Source: a virus
Taxonomy: Duplodnaviria > Caudoviricetes
Reading direction: 5' to 3' (one strand)
DNA length: 64,000 nt
IMG/VR virus record: IMGVR_UViG_3300014000_000001
Coordinates: 1-64,000 of that record
The notes below the pieces were generated by a model, which was not told the origin of the DNA, made no database searches, and worked only from the letters and a program-made list of their open reading frames with translations. Shown piece after piece: positions 27,684-38,800 of the stretch (position 1 is its first letter; each line of letters starts with the position of its first letter). The position numbers and the translations under genes are program-made.

Positions 27684-28364
27684 ATGGCTCGTAATCGTAA
27701 AGCAATGGAAGAGTTCATTTTAAAAGCAGTGCGTAAGATGGATGTCACTGGACGTACTTTTGAACTGTTAAAAGAACAGTTTGCTAAAATGGACGATAAA
27801 CGCTTCCACGCTTGGTATCTCGATATCAAAGAAGGAAAGGACTTTGTTCCCATCTATATGGAAAACCATATGGATGGGAAACGCATCACCACTAGCCACG
27901 CTTTAGATGTATGTGAGGAATACGGTATCCCAATCTTTCAGCGTTATTGGTATCGTAACCCAGCAACAGGGGTTAAAGCTTTATCTAACAAACCCGTCCC
28001 ATTTATTCATGTTATGACTCGCAGACAGATCGAAACCTTGTTTAACAAGATCAGTGTAGCTGAAGACAATAGTCGTGTGGACACATTAACAGGACAACCT
28101 ATCGGTGGAGCTTCTGCAATCACTCAGCCTGAAACATTGGTTTATGAAGAGAAAGGACTTGAAGGTTCTTTAGTTGAAAAACTAAAATATAGAGGTGGTG
28201 ATATTGAAGGAGGTCGTTTATTCGATCAGGCTTTAATTGAAACAGGTAAAGTATCCACAACCCAATTAATGGAACAACACAACACCACAACACGCGTTGT
28301 ACAGACTGCGGACATTTATTTAACGAGTGCACATTATGAAACCAACCTTGATCCCAACAAATGA
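27684..28364 (+). CDS. rpoB: virion RNA polymerase beta C-terminal subunit (phiKZ gp149-like)
   Basis: RRQIETLFNKISV...DTLTGQP...ITQPE...EKLKYRGGD corresponds to the beta C-terminal conserved region. Confidence 0.8.
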   Translation: MARNRKAMEEFILKAVRKMDVTGRTFELLKEQFAKMDDKRFHAWYLDIKEGKDFVPIYMENHMDGKRITTSHALDVCEEYGIPIFQRYWYRNPATGVKALSNKPVPFIHVMTRRQIETLFNKISVAEDNSRVDTLTGQPIGGASAITQPETLVYEEKGLEGSLVEKLKYRGGDIEGGRLFDQALIETGKVSTTQLMEQHNTTTRVVQTADIYLTSAHYETNLDPNK

Positions 28365-28875
28365 TGAAGTAAATAGTTCGTTAAAAGACGATCTATTTGG
28401 ATTGTTTAGTCGGGAATTAGATCAGCGCGGAACAAGTTATATTGATATCATTACAAATTTCACTACGGTGAGTCAGGGAAAGATTAGTTCAACAATCATT
28501 GAGGTATTCATCAGACGCTTAGCATTGAATCCATCCTTGGTTTCCATCTTTGCTCAAGAGAAACCTTTGCTTGTAATTGAGGCTTTAATTCGTGGAGAAT
28601 TTAACGATCTAGAGGTTTCCTTCATCAATGACTTTCTAGATGACACCTGCTTAAGCGTACGAATGAAGAACGATGATTTATATCAGCAACGTCTGGAAGT
28701 ATTGAAAGATCAGATCATTGCAAGCTTAGTAAATCAAAACGATATGGATTCAACTAAAATAGACGCGGTACGCGATTATTTAAAAGCAAGTGAACATAAT
28801 CTTTTGGCACTTTACTATTACCGCAAAATAGGGTACATTCATGGATTCCCAAAAACAAATACAAGTAAAGAATAA
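28336..28875 (+). CDS. hypothetical protein
   Basis: ORF overlapping both neighbours in an operon. Confidence 0.6.
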   Translation: MKPTLIPTNDEVNSSLKDDLFGLFSRELDQRGTSYIDIITNFTTVSQGKISSTIIEVFIRRLALNPSLVSIFAQEKPLLVIEALIRGEFNDLEVSFINDFLDDTCLSVRMKNDDLYQQRLEVLKDQIIASLVNQNDMDSTKIDAVRDYLKASEHNLLALYYYRKIGYIHGFPKTNTSKE

Positions 28876-30175
28876 TCTTCTCATTGAGTTAGATGCTATT
28901 CTTGATACCCGTAAAGGCACCGTGGCTAAACTGTACCCAGAGGTTGCTGAGGATCTATTATACAACGTAGGTTATCGTAAACGCTTATCTGATCAATTAC
29001 ATTTGATCGATCCAAGAATAGATGAAAAAGAGTATGTGTTCGCTTATCTGAAAAGAGATATCGAAACGCTTGATCATTCTAAAGCCTCAATGATCACCTC
29101 TTATGTGAATCAGTTAATCCGTAAGATCCAAATGATCATCGATGGAAATAACCCCTATATCAAAGAAGTGAATGTGGTGGTTAATTACTATCCGTATAAA
29201 CTATCAGAAGAAGAACAGCATTTGATTTGTTCTGGGGTAAGTTCAGTGATGAATTTGGATCGACCTGTCGATATGGTTTATCTTGAGCCAAAAGAAATCA
29301 CATTGGACTTTCTAAGAGAGTCCAATATTTTCACCTATGTGCTCTATGATTTTGATTTATGGTCAACTGTAGCATTACCTGATGTAAATGGTGAGAATTT
29401 AAAAGAGGTTGGTTTATCTAAGATTGAAAACCTGACTATCATTGCAGCACGCATAGCTAAAGATGCAATTAAAGCTCGGGAAGTTGAGGAGATGCTTCGG
29501 AATATGCAACTTCCTGTGATGATGCAGGATATATCCACAATCCCTTGGAGTTTGCTTTTTGATCTTGAATTGATTGATCCTATCTTCTTCACTGAATACA
29601 ATCACGACATTGCTGAGAAAATCATGAATGCTTTAGCCCAATCGAATAACCCAATCGATATAGAGGTGGAGTTAGTTTCAAACTACTATCATTTACTAAC
29701 TATGTCACGTTCTACAAGAGAGCATGTTGATGCGATTTTGGATAGAATGAATGTAGTGTCATTTAAATTAACTCAGCATTTTAATAATGCCGACGTTGAT
29801 GTAGTGCGTAAATTACTAGCTGAACAGCGTTTCTTAACAGACGCCTTAACTCACTTTTCTGCAACCAAACCAAGTGAGGATTTTGAACGTTACTTTGATT
29901 CGAAAATGAGTGCATTTGATACTTCACTTGAATTCTCTGAGGTTTCAGAGAAACACTGGAATGATCAAGATGTAAAATGTAAGCGTTACGTTCGTAATGT
30001 GGTCGGAACGAGTACTGAGGTATTCATTCTAACTGCAGCGGAAGATTGCCATGATAAGAATGGTAAACGTTGGTTTGCTGGAGAAGTACTACCTTCAGTT
30101 AATTACTTTGAACCCATATTAGAACCTCTTCCTGAAAATGTAATCGCTGAATATCATGATCGATTTAAGGATTAA
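28841..30175 (+). CDS. conserved phiKZ-like protein with HAD-like N-terminus
   Basis: LLIELDAILDTR, VNYYPYKLS. Confidence 0.55.
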   Translation: MDSQKQIQVKNNLLIELDAILDTRKGTVAKLYPEVAEDLLYNVGYRKRLSDQLHLIDPRIDEKEYVFAYLKRDIETLDHSKASMITSYVNQLIRKIQMIIDGNNPYIKEVNVVVNYYPYKLSEEEQHLICSGVSSVMNLDRPVDMVYLEPKEITLDFLRESNIFTYVLYDFDLWSTVALPDVNGENLKEVGLSKIENLTIIAARIAKDAIKAREVEEMLRNMQLPVMMQDISTIPWSLLFDLELIDPIFFTEYNHDIAEKIMNALAQSNNPIDIEVELVSNYYHLLTMSRSTREHVDAILDRMNVVSFKLTQHFNNADVDVVRKLLAEQRFLTDALTHFSATKPSEDFERYFDSKMSAFDTSLEFSEVSEKHWNDQDVKCKRYVRNVVGTSTEVFILTAAEDCHDKNGKRWFAGEVLPSVNYFEPILEPLPENVIAEYHDRFKD

Positions 30176-30206
30176 TGTGAAATAAAAAAAACATGGGGAG
30201 AATGCG

Positions 30207-30371
30207 ATGTCTATTACGTTACCACTGCTTGCAATATTGATCATGTTATTAGTGTTGCTCATCATCTTAGGTCTTGGTGTTTATTATCTGTTTAATAAAG
30301 ACAAGATCGAAAAATGGGTATTAGGCGATGACTTATCTGCCTACAAAACAATCTTGCAAATCAAACGATGA
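30207..30371 (+). CDS. 54-aa single-TM protein (below ORF-track cutoff)
   Basis: MSITLPLLAILIMLLVLLIILGLGVYYLFNKDKIEKW...; GGGGAG SD. Confidence 0.65.
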   Translation: MSITLPLLAILIMLLVLLIILGLGVYYLFNKDKIEKWVLGDDLSAYKTILQIKR

Positions 30372-30373
30372 TC

Positions 30374-30415
30374 ATAAGCTTAATGGAGATCCTTTTGGAT
30401 CTCCATTAAGCTTAT
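30374..30415. terminator. bidirectional terminator
   Basis: ATAAGCTTAATGGAGATCC-tttt-GGATCTCCATTAAGCTTAT. Confidence 0.75.
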
Positions 30416-30421
30416 ATGTTG

Positions 30422-30907
30422 TTAATTACCTGTATGAATGTTATGCACTTCTGCGAACTCATCAAAGGTCTGAGTAACGATCCCACGTTCTAACATCTTT
30501 TCTTCAAATGCTAAATCTTCAGCATCTTCGATCTGAACATTCATTGGGATTTCACGTTGACGTCCAGTTTCCTTAACTGTTTTAATTCCCGTCATTTTCT
30601 CTTCTTTCATGCGACGAATGACTTCATCAGCAACACCACCCACATCAAGTGCAGAACCTACGATATTATTACGTGTTACTTGCACCGCAGTATTGTTCAC
30701 ACCATTTAAGAATGAAGACACACTCTCTAATGCAGATGGGGTTTTAACCAAAGTTTCAATGTCCATCTTCCCAATGGCTTTTACAATCGTATTTTGAACT
30801 TTACCTGTTTCTTGTAGCATGCGTTGAGGATCGTAAGTGAACTCTTCTTCAGCAGGGTCGTCCAATTCACCTTGTGGTTCCTCATAGATGTTAACTTCAC
30901 CTTTCAT
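30422..30907 (-). CDS. hypothetical protein
   Basis: GAGGTG SD; 161 aa. Confidence 0.75.
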   Translation of the reverse strand: MKGEVNIYEEPQGELDDPAEEEFTYDPQRMLQETGKVQNTIVKAIGKMDIETLVKTPSALESVSSFLNGVNNTAVQVTRNNIVGSALDVGGVADEVIRRMKEEKMTGIKTVKETGRQREIPMNVQIEDAEDLAFEEKMLERGIVTQTFDEFAEVHNIHTGN

Positions 30908-30987
30908 ATTACACCTCTAATTAAAAATTTAACAAACATACATTATCAATATGATTATACTTGAATCAAATAATTAAGGGGTCAGAT

Positions 30988-31530
30988 ATGTTGAAGGAAT
31001 ATAAACGAGGTTTGTTTAAAAAACTCTGTGGGGGTGTTGAGAACTATGCTAAGAATCAAAAAGTATGGGGTAGCAATATTCATACAGCTTATTGTCTTTC
31101 AACATTGATACAACGACATCGTGATCTTTTTGATACTCAAGTTTATTTAAAAGCCAATGATGCTCGTGTGATTACTTCTGCTTTTGGTAATGTAGAAATA
31201 CTTTATCAATGGTTGGAAGCGGTGAAATCATTTTACAACTACGTCGTTAGACATGGTACCCTAAATGTTCCTACTGAACTAAATTGGGTAGTGTTAACGG
31301 AAAGTAGGGAAATTAAACTTAAACGCTTTATGACAAAGGAGGACGGACATGCTGAAGACATAACAATTTTCATCAATAATGTCCAGACATTATTATCCGA
31401 TATATTTATGCTTCATGATCAACTGTCATCTGCTATCCGATCTGGACTTATGGTTAAACATAGTAACGGATATAACACGGTGTTGTTGATGCTTGAACTT
31501 ATCATAGAGGTTATGATTAATGGCCAATAA
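30988..31530 (+). CDS. hypothetical protein
   Basis: AAGGGG SD before ATG 30988; degenerate promoter motif at 30926-30954. Confidence 0.7.
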   Translation: MLKEYKRGLFKKLCGGVENYAKNQKVWGSNIHTAYCLSTLIQRHRDLFDTQVYLKANDARVITSAFGNVEILYQWLEAVKSFYNYVVRHGTLNVPTELNWVVLTESREIKLKRFMTKEDGHAEDITIFINNVQTLLSDIFMLHDQLSSAIRSGLMVKHSNGYNTVLLMLELIIEVMINGQ

Positions 31531-32068
31531 ATTATCCGACTTGATGAAGAGATCTGATAAAGGGGCTCAATTATCAAGAAATGTATTGACCAGAGCATTT
31601 CGAGATTTTCTTACTCAGTTAAAAATGGAAGAAAAAACCATCACTGCTCTAATGGAGATCTATTTAAGAACTCCTGAACGGCAATTAAGCTGTGGTGATG
31701 ATCCAACTGAATATACGAAAAATCTAGCGAATGATCGAGGAAACTTGAAAAAGGAAATAGAACGAGATGAATATACCTTAAAAGTATTTTTAAAGTTAAT
31801 GCAATTAATTCGCCCTGCGGAACTTGAAATATCATTCAAGGCAACATGGCATGACGGGTTTATGGCAAATAACACCTATCAGATTGATCTTAGTGATGTG
31901 GGTGATTTTACAGTAACTGAACTATTAACCGAAAGCTTTAATGGGGACATTACTCGCTATAAACCAATTGTTGGTACTGTTGAACCAACTAACCTAACTA
32001 AGATCGAAAATGCGAGCGATAAGATCGCTGCAAACGATGAACCATCACAGTGGAAAGAAGCGGGGTAA
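31520..32068 (+). CDS. conserved hypothetical protein
   Basis: GAGGT SD; terminator 32054-32083 at its end. Confidence 0.7.
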   Translation: MANKLSDLMKRSDKGAQLSRNVLTRAFRDFLTQLKMEEKTITALMEIYLRTPERQLSCGDDPTEYTKNLANDRGNLKKEIERDEYTLKVFLKLMQLIRPAELEISFKATWHDGFMANNTYQIDLSDVGDFTVTELLTESFNGDITRYKPIVGTVEPTNLTKIENASDKIAANDEPSQWKEAG

Positions 32069-32113
32069 CCCGCTTCTTTTTTTATGACTGATAGATAATT
32101 TGGAGAAAAAAGC

Positions 32114-33520
32114 ATGGCTGATAAAAATTTTATCTCCACACAAAGTGCTTGGAATGGTTCAATCACTTCAACGGAAACAACGAATAAAGCAAAACAGAGC
32201 ACCTTAGATAAGGTAGCAAAGGCTCAAGTAAATGTAGTGGAAAACTCTAGCGCTGCTCAAGATCTTGAAAATCTAGCTCGTGGTAATTTCAGTCTATTTA
32301 ATGGATTGGTTGGGGGTAAGAGTTCCTCTGGAGCTGTGGTTGATTCAAGTAAACTTTCCGAAGTGGGTTCGAATCTAACGGGCACAACTACTGGAACATT
32401 AGGTGCGAATAATGGATTAGGTAGTTATGCAGATGCAGCAGGTAAAGTGAAACTCGCTCGACCTGTATTCACTGCGGGAACATCTGATGTTGGCGCTACT
32501 GTTGATATTTATGGAGATACATTAAACTCCCCACAAAACAAAATCAAATCAGTGATTGGGGATGTGCTCGGGATTGTTAATACTGGTATTAGTGGTATCT
32601 TGCAAGGCGAGTTAGCCAAAGCTAGAAACAAGATGAATCTAATCAGTGCTGTCACCGATAGCAATGTGGCTAAAGGTATTTTAGATCAGTACAAATCCAA
32701 CCTACTCAACGGTGTTCCCTTAACCAATGACAGCATGAAGAGCATTCTGTATAAAGCGGTGGGCTATTCAGGCAATGATACCAGTTTTGCTAGTGCTCTT
32801 GAAAATGCTAAGAAGACCATGCTCGGTGATATTGTTAAGAATGTAGATGGGTCAACAGGTTTAATTACATTATACAAGAATGCTGAGTTAGTCATCAAAG
32901 GGGATTACAGTACCGCTGACGGTATCCTAAAGATGGTAGGTAACATTACCAGTAACACTTCGCTGGGTTCTTTTTTGGATTTAACTAACCAAATGAAACT
33001 CATTAGTGGAGTTACTAAAACCTTATATAACCTAGGCATTCCTGATATCTTTGAAGACATCTACAATAAACTCACCCATAATGATAAAGAACGTTATGTA
33101 CGGGAAAATATTGCGAGTGCTGCAAGTGAAGGTGATATAGACTTTGTTGAGTTTGCTTTGAAGTATTACAATGGCAGTTGGTTACTATCAAACTATCCAA
33201 ATATCATACGTTCAATCGTATCCTCGTATAAGCCCAAAACTGATTTAGATGGCAGTGTGTCTAAAGTTGAGTATGAAAGATTAGTTTCGATTTTAGCTCG
33301 AATTGATCCTGATTGGTGGGTAGCTAAAACAGTGAACGGAGTTAAGGTCGGGAACCTAAATGTATTTGCTAGTTTTAATAACCACGCGCGTCTTGCATTC
33401 TTAGCTACAGAGGATAGAAACATGATTCGTAACATGCTAATAGGTGAGAAGTACGGAACAGTATATAACACCATAGATGAATTACAAAAAAGACATCCTT
33501 ACTTTCCAATTAAACAATAG
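32114..33520 (+). CDS. probable virion structural protein
   Basis: 468 aa, Gly/Ser-rich N-terminal half, adjacent to tail genes. Confidence 0.55.
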   Translation: MADKNFISTQSAWNGSITSTETTNKAKQSTLDKVAKAQVNVVENSSAAQDLENLARGNFSLFNGLVGGKSSSGAVVDSSKLSEVGSNLTGTTTGTLGANNGLGSYADAAGKVKLARPVFTAGTSDVGATVDIYGDTLNSPQNKIKSVIGDVLGIVNTGISGILQGELAKARNKMNLISAVTDSNVAKGILDQYKSNLLNGVPLTNDSMKSILYKAVGYSGNDTSFASALENAKKTMLGDIVKNVDGSTGLITLYKNAELVIKGDYSTADGILKMVGNITSNTSLGSFLDLTNQMKLISGVTKTLYNLGIPDIFEDIYNKLTHNDKERYVRENIASAASEGDIDFVEFALKYYNGSWLLSNYPNIIRSIVSSYKPKTDLDGSVSKVEYERLVSILARIDPDWWVAKTVNGVKVGNLNVFASFNNHARLAFLATEDRNMIRNMLIGEKYGTVYNTIDELQKRHPYFPIKQ

Positions 33521-33523
33521 CAT

Positions 33524-33560
33524 AATTAGAGTGCTCCATTTGGAGCACTCTAATTCGTTT
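33524..33560. terminator. bidirectional terminator
   Basis: AATTAGAGTGCTCCA-tt-TGGAGCACTCTAATT. Confidence 0.75.
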
Positions 33561-33563
33561 ATG

Positions 33564-35768
33564 CTAATTTGCAAGTGAACGGTTCAACTGTGGAACAGAT
33601 AATCCTGGAATACCTGCTAAAGCTCCGATGGTTACCATATTCTTCACACCACGACCTAAACTCGTATCATAAGCCCCCATCGTCCAGTTGCCAATTGACC
33701 AAAAACTATCCCAGTTACTTAATTTAAGTGCAATATTTCGTGAAAAACGTCTGGTTGGAATAATTTGATCTGCCATAGATAGGGCAGAGATAGTGTTAAG
33801 ATAATCATTGAAAGCATTATCATCATCAAAGATAGAACGTAATGGATTAAGTAAAGATGCGCCTGTATCAATTGGTGCGTGTAAAGTCTTATTCATGTCT
33901 TTTACACTAAAGGATACGTCAATGGCTAAAGGTTGATTACGTTGGTTAAACCCAACATTCCCCACACCCAACTCAACACTAAGTTGCTCAATGATACCGA
34001 GCTTACAATTCATTCGTCCCGGAGAAATAACTTGACAAAGGAATGGTGAAGTGTATTGTTGACGTCCTGTAGAGATTGGTAATGCTCCAGCTAAGATCAT
34101 GGCTAAAGGAACATAAAGTCCAATGAAACGAGATAACTTATTGGCATATGGAGTACGTAACTCCATTTTAAAAGATTCAGATGGGAAGGTTGCTGATGAA
34201 GATTCCCAATGTTCAGGAATATCTACATAAGCTGAACCAGCTAAATTAATTACCCCAGCTACATCTAAACCACTTAAAAAACCCATTGCACTATTTTTAA
34301 TCATCTTAATTGGTTCATCAATAAACCCAATCCCCGTATTACCGTTAGAGAATGTGAATCTATTGCTTGCTAAAGAAGATGAGAAACCATTGATTGTAGA
34401 TGAGATATCCGCTTCTTTGGTTGAGTTTGAAAAAGAACTAGAAATTGATCCAGTTGGCTCAACCCTAAAAGACACCCATTCATAAGCCCCATTGAAGTTA
34501 GCAATAATACTCTCTGCCATTTTAACACCCCAACCAATCCGCGCTTTAATACTGGTTGAATCATTTGGGTCACGTTTATAACTACTAAAGAAGTCAGCGT
34601 TACTATCTGATTCTGAAACAGCCTCAACTTGCTCTGCTGTCATTGGAGTGACAGTACCATCGCTGTTGGTTGTTGATTGAGTTGGATTGGTTTCTTGAAC
34701 CACATTACTTGCTTGAGCAGTTTCAATTGGTGTGCCTTCATCAGTAGAACTGGAGCGGTAAGCATTGGTCGTTGCAGTACCCCAAGTATCTTCTGGGAAT
34801 GTGGTATTACCATAATCTGTTTCATGGATTTTAAGTAAATCTCTTAATGAAGATTTACTTTCTCCACTATCCACGAGTTTAGATTTATACTCGTATTGAA
34901 GCATCATGTTATATAGATCAGTTTCATTTTGAATTTTACCATCTGTATAACTTTCTAATACCTTTCTGCGCGCATTAGCTAAGCGCTGAGTGCGTGTTGC
35001 GAGCTGGTAGATATCTATCCCGCCATTTTTCTTAAACAGCTCTGGAGCAGCTTTAAATGCAATATCGACGAGATTACGATAAGTTGCCGCATCAGTTGCA
35101 TTATCATCACTCATCTGCCCTTCGAATTCACGTTTACCCCAATCGATATTGTCTGGTTTTTGGTAGAGTCCTATATTGACTGCGATTGAGTTACAAATAA
35201 AATCTACCCGTTTCCAATACGCGTGCATAGTTGGGCGCATGGAATAATATTTAGATGAACCTCGATTAAGTAAAAACTTAGCAGCGGTACCAACAAGCAA
35301 TAAAGGTAGGAAACGTAAAGAGGTATAAATTCCTGCGACTTCACCAATTAAGAAAGTTAAAGGCACACGACCTAACCGCGCATAAAGCGCAGCTTCAATT
35401 GATCCCATCCCAACTAAGAACGAAACCATACCTCGGAAGGTTTGAACTCCAAAACACATATGGATTAAATGGGCATTGTCGTCGATTTGTTCTGAGTAAA
35501 ATTGTCCCATCCCGCGAGGTTGATCACCTTTTACCGAATCAGCTGCTAGACTAGATTGCCTTGGATCAGCAAAGCGAGTGTAGGCTGGCGGCATGTTAAT
35601 CGCCCAGTTACCACCGATACGAGTATCTGTAAATTTATTGTGTGCTGTAGTTGAATGTGCTGCGAATTGATATTGTTTTTTGATTTGTTCAACTGAAACC
35701 ATAAACATCTTTGCAGCCCAATCACTGTCACGTACGGGTCTTCCCCCGTTTTGTAAATATGCAGCCAT
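33564..35768 (-). CDS. tail tip / baseplate-hub protein (phiKZ gp182-like)
   Basis: KFTDTRIGGN.AIN.PP.YTRFAD, YTSPFLC; immediately downstream of the gp181-like gene. Confidence 0.65.
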   Translation of the reverse strand: MAAYLQNGGRPVRDSDWAAKMFMVSVEQIKKQYQFAAHSTTAHNKFTDTRIGGNWAINMPPAYTRFADPRQSSLAADSVKGDQPRGMGQFYSEQIDDNAHLIHMCFGVQTFRGMVSFLVGMGSIEAALYARLGRVPLTFLIGEVAGIYTSLRFLPLLLVGTAAKFLLNRGSSKYYSMRPTMHAYWKRVDFICNSIAVNIGLYQKPDNIDWGKREFEGQMSDDNATDAATYRNLVDIAFKAAPELFKKNGGIDIYQLATRTQRLANARRKVLESYTDGKIQNETDLYNMMLQYEYKSKLVDSGESKSSLRDLLKIHETDYGNTTFPEDTWGTATTNAYRSSSTDEGTPIETAQASNVVQETNPTQSTTNSDGTVTPMTAEQVEAVSESDSNADFFSSYKRDPNDSTSIKARIGWGVKMAESIIANFNGAYEWVSFRVEPTGSISSSFSNSTKEADISSTINGFSSSLASNRFTFSNGNTGIGFIDEPIKMIKNSAMGFLSGLDVAGVINLAGSAYVDIPEHWESSSATFPSESFKMELRTPYANKLSRFIGLYVPLAMILAGALPISTGRQQYTSPFLCQVISPGRMNCKLGIIEQLSVELGVGNVGFNQRNQPLAIDVSFSVKDMNKTLHAPIDTGASLLNPLRSIFDDDNAFNDYLNTISALSMADQIIPTRRFSRNIALKLSNWDSFWSIGNWTMGAYDTSLGRGVKNMVTIGALAGIPGLSVPQLNRSLAN

Positions 35769-35796
35769 GATGGTATCCTAATTCATTATCATAAAA

Positions 35797-35828
35797 AATC
35801 AATGGGGAGCCTAGGCTCCCCATTGATT
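35797..35828 (-). terminator. CCTAGG-centred palindrome / terminator
   Basis: AATCAATGGGGAGCCT|AGGCTCCCCATTGATT with T-run on minus strand. Confidence 0.75.
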
Positions 35829-38800
35829 AAGCTGGTTTTTTCACAGAGATTGGATTAGTAACATCGGCAAACGGAGAAACTGGTGCAGGTTTACTCAGCA
35901 CATCTTTCTTTACTTCAAGTTGCGGGATAGTTAATCCTTGTTTGGTAATTGCAGAGTTTTCCTGAGAATTACTATTGGGATTAATCGATCTATTCGTACT
36001 TGAAGTGTTGCCGACCAATTGTTCAAGTAACGATAGTATCTTCTCCTGAACAACCAACTGTTTACCCAAAATCACATTAGTCTCACCCGACGGTGCTACA
36101 GTTTGTGGAGGTGGAGTATAAGTTTGACTGCTTGTTGTGGAAGCACTGCCATTACTGATTGAGTTCATTGTTTGGCTTACTTTAGCTGAACTATTCGATT
36201 TTGCAATTGGGGTATTGGCAATCGCTTGTGTACCCGCAGAAGCCTTAGCTGTTTCAGGAGCAACCATGTTCGTCGGCACTGCCCCAGTTTTACATAACTG
36301 AGATTGAGCACGAAGAATATAATGTTTAGCGCCTGAGGCTTTAGAGCTTGGGTACATTTGGTTCTGAGTAAAATCAGAGATCCAAGCCGTGCCATTGAAA
36401 ATACAGATATGTCCATATGGGGTTGGTTTACCTGTTTTATCAGTATATGAGCCTCTATCGAAACAAGCGATATCCCCTTTTTGAGGTTTAACCGTATTGA
36501 TCGTTCCAACATTGACCCATCCTAAGGATTGTAAAGCTTGCATGAGCTGATATGCGTGACCGAAACCACCTTTAATCTGACCCTTTAAATCTCCAGACTG
36601 TAAAGCAGCTCGAACATATTCAGCACACTTCCCTACATTCAAACCTTGACGCCACGGACCTTTACTTCTAGCTGTTACTGTTTGTGCGATTTTATCAATA
36701 TCCCAATCTGGAGCATTGGTAACTTTAGCAGTAGTAACCGCTTGAGCCTTTTGCGCAGTTGGACTAGATAAAGGAGTTGGTGTGGACTTATTCCCATACT
36801 TCGCATCCAGTGAAGCCATGGCGTTACCTATAATTCCACCCGCTTGCTTATTGGTTGCAGTCGGGGCAGCAATGGTTGGAGGTAAAGTAGTCGTAGCTTT
36901 TTGCGATTGTGGTTGAACTGGAGCGTTACGTTGAGTAAATGCATTACTGGTTTGAGATGAACCTTCTTTAGAAGCAGATGCATTTCTTGCAGTGAAAGCA
37001 TTATTAGTTGTCGTAGAAGATTCAAATCCTTTAGGATCTTTAGCCATTTGGGAATATTTCGCCCAATACTTCTTACGGTCTTCTAATCCGTTTAATCCCC
37101 CGTTCACTGCTTTTGTTGCACCGATAATATCGCCGCGTTGAGCAGCAGCTCTTCCACGTTTAGTCATGTTCGGATGCTGTGTCCAAAACCACACAGTGGC
37201 TAAACTTGCCCACGGTTCTTTTTCAACTAACTCAGGTTTACTTACAAAGTCCTGCCCTGCCCATTTAGAGAAAGCTGCATAGTTTGCTTTTCCTGTTAAC
37301 TGTATATAACCGCGACCTTTATATTTAGCTCCATCATTTGGACCATTGCCTAAATCTCTACGATTATTGTATTTGGCAAAATCAGCATCTTTACCGTATT
37401 CCCTCGTGGTTTTAAACCCGTTAGATTCATGAGCAGCTTGAGATAAAAGCATCGCTAGTTCAGTTGGATTGGTTATTCCAGCTTTCTTGGCGGTAGTTAT
37501 CAAGTTTTGTTCAGCTGCCTTGGCGTTACCGCCTCCGATTGAACTTACCTGATCACCCAACCATTGTCCAGCACTGTAAACACCACCTAACCCAACAGCG
37601 TTAGCGGCTAACCCAGCTGCATCACCAATGCCATCCATTGTTTCGCCAAAGTTACCACTTGTTATTTTATTCCAAGCAGTTGCTGCAGCGCTCTGGAAGT
37701 TTTTGATTTTGCTAGTGAGTCCGTCGATCATTTTATCGAATAAACTATCGGTCTGCTTATTGGCTTCTTGAGTCGTTTTTACGATTGCTTCTCGGTTTTG
37801 TTTCACTACAGCTTGAGCAGCTAATGACTGATATTTGACTGCCTTATTCGCCTCATCTACCGCTGTCTTGGTGGAAGGTGTTTTGGGCTTGTCTTTACCA
37901 TCTTTATTCATTTGCTTTTCAACTGCTTTGTCAGCTTCCGATTTACCTTTCTTATTCGCATCTAAAGGTGCATCTTCTGTTGCTGTTAAAGCTTTAGCTT
38001 TCTCAGGAGGTTTTGGAAGTTGAGAAATCTTATCTCTTAATTTACGAGAGATCTTCTCAACATCATTCATTCCCATTTCACATCGATCTGGATCTTCAAA
38101 CGGTGATTGTTTAATCATGTAAGGATTATGTTCAGTCGCTGTGAAATGGACTCCTTTTAAAAGTTGGGTTTGTTGACCGCGATCAAGCTTTTGTAAATCC
38201 ACAATATCAGGTTTACCAAGGATTTGTTTTAAGGTTTGGGCGTAAGAAGCAAACACTCTTAGGAAACGTTCTTTAAACCAAATCGAGAATGCAGGTAAGC
38301 GTTCTTGTTGTTCGGCAATATCTTGACCGTTTTCATCTTTAAACCCACAGATCTTCAAGATTTCATCAACGGCTTTTTGATCTTCCTTAAACGAAACACT
38401 TTTCACACCTACTTGGATTAGGCTTTGCGCGATGGTTTCCATCTTGGCAATCTTATCAGTAATTCCTGAGTCATTATGGTCGAAACCATATTGAGCCATT
38501 CTGAATCGATTCCAAGGGTTCTTACCATCTTTCCACATATTGTAAAGTGCTTTACCACCATACCATGCGATGGTTGCAGCAATACCCCACGGAGTAAGTA
38601 AACGGGCTCCTTTGAGTAACCAACTCGCAGTAGTAATACCACCACGAATCATAGCTCCAGTACCTGCCCAAGTTCCGGCACCTACTCGTGCAGCACCTGA
38701 AGCAACCTTACCAAGTGTTCCTGCCATTCCTGGAAGTTTAGTCGCAAGTTTAGTCGCGCCCCAAGCCGCGGCTTGACCAGCGCCTTTAACCCCAGCAACT

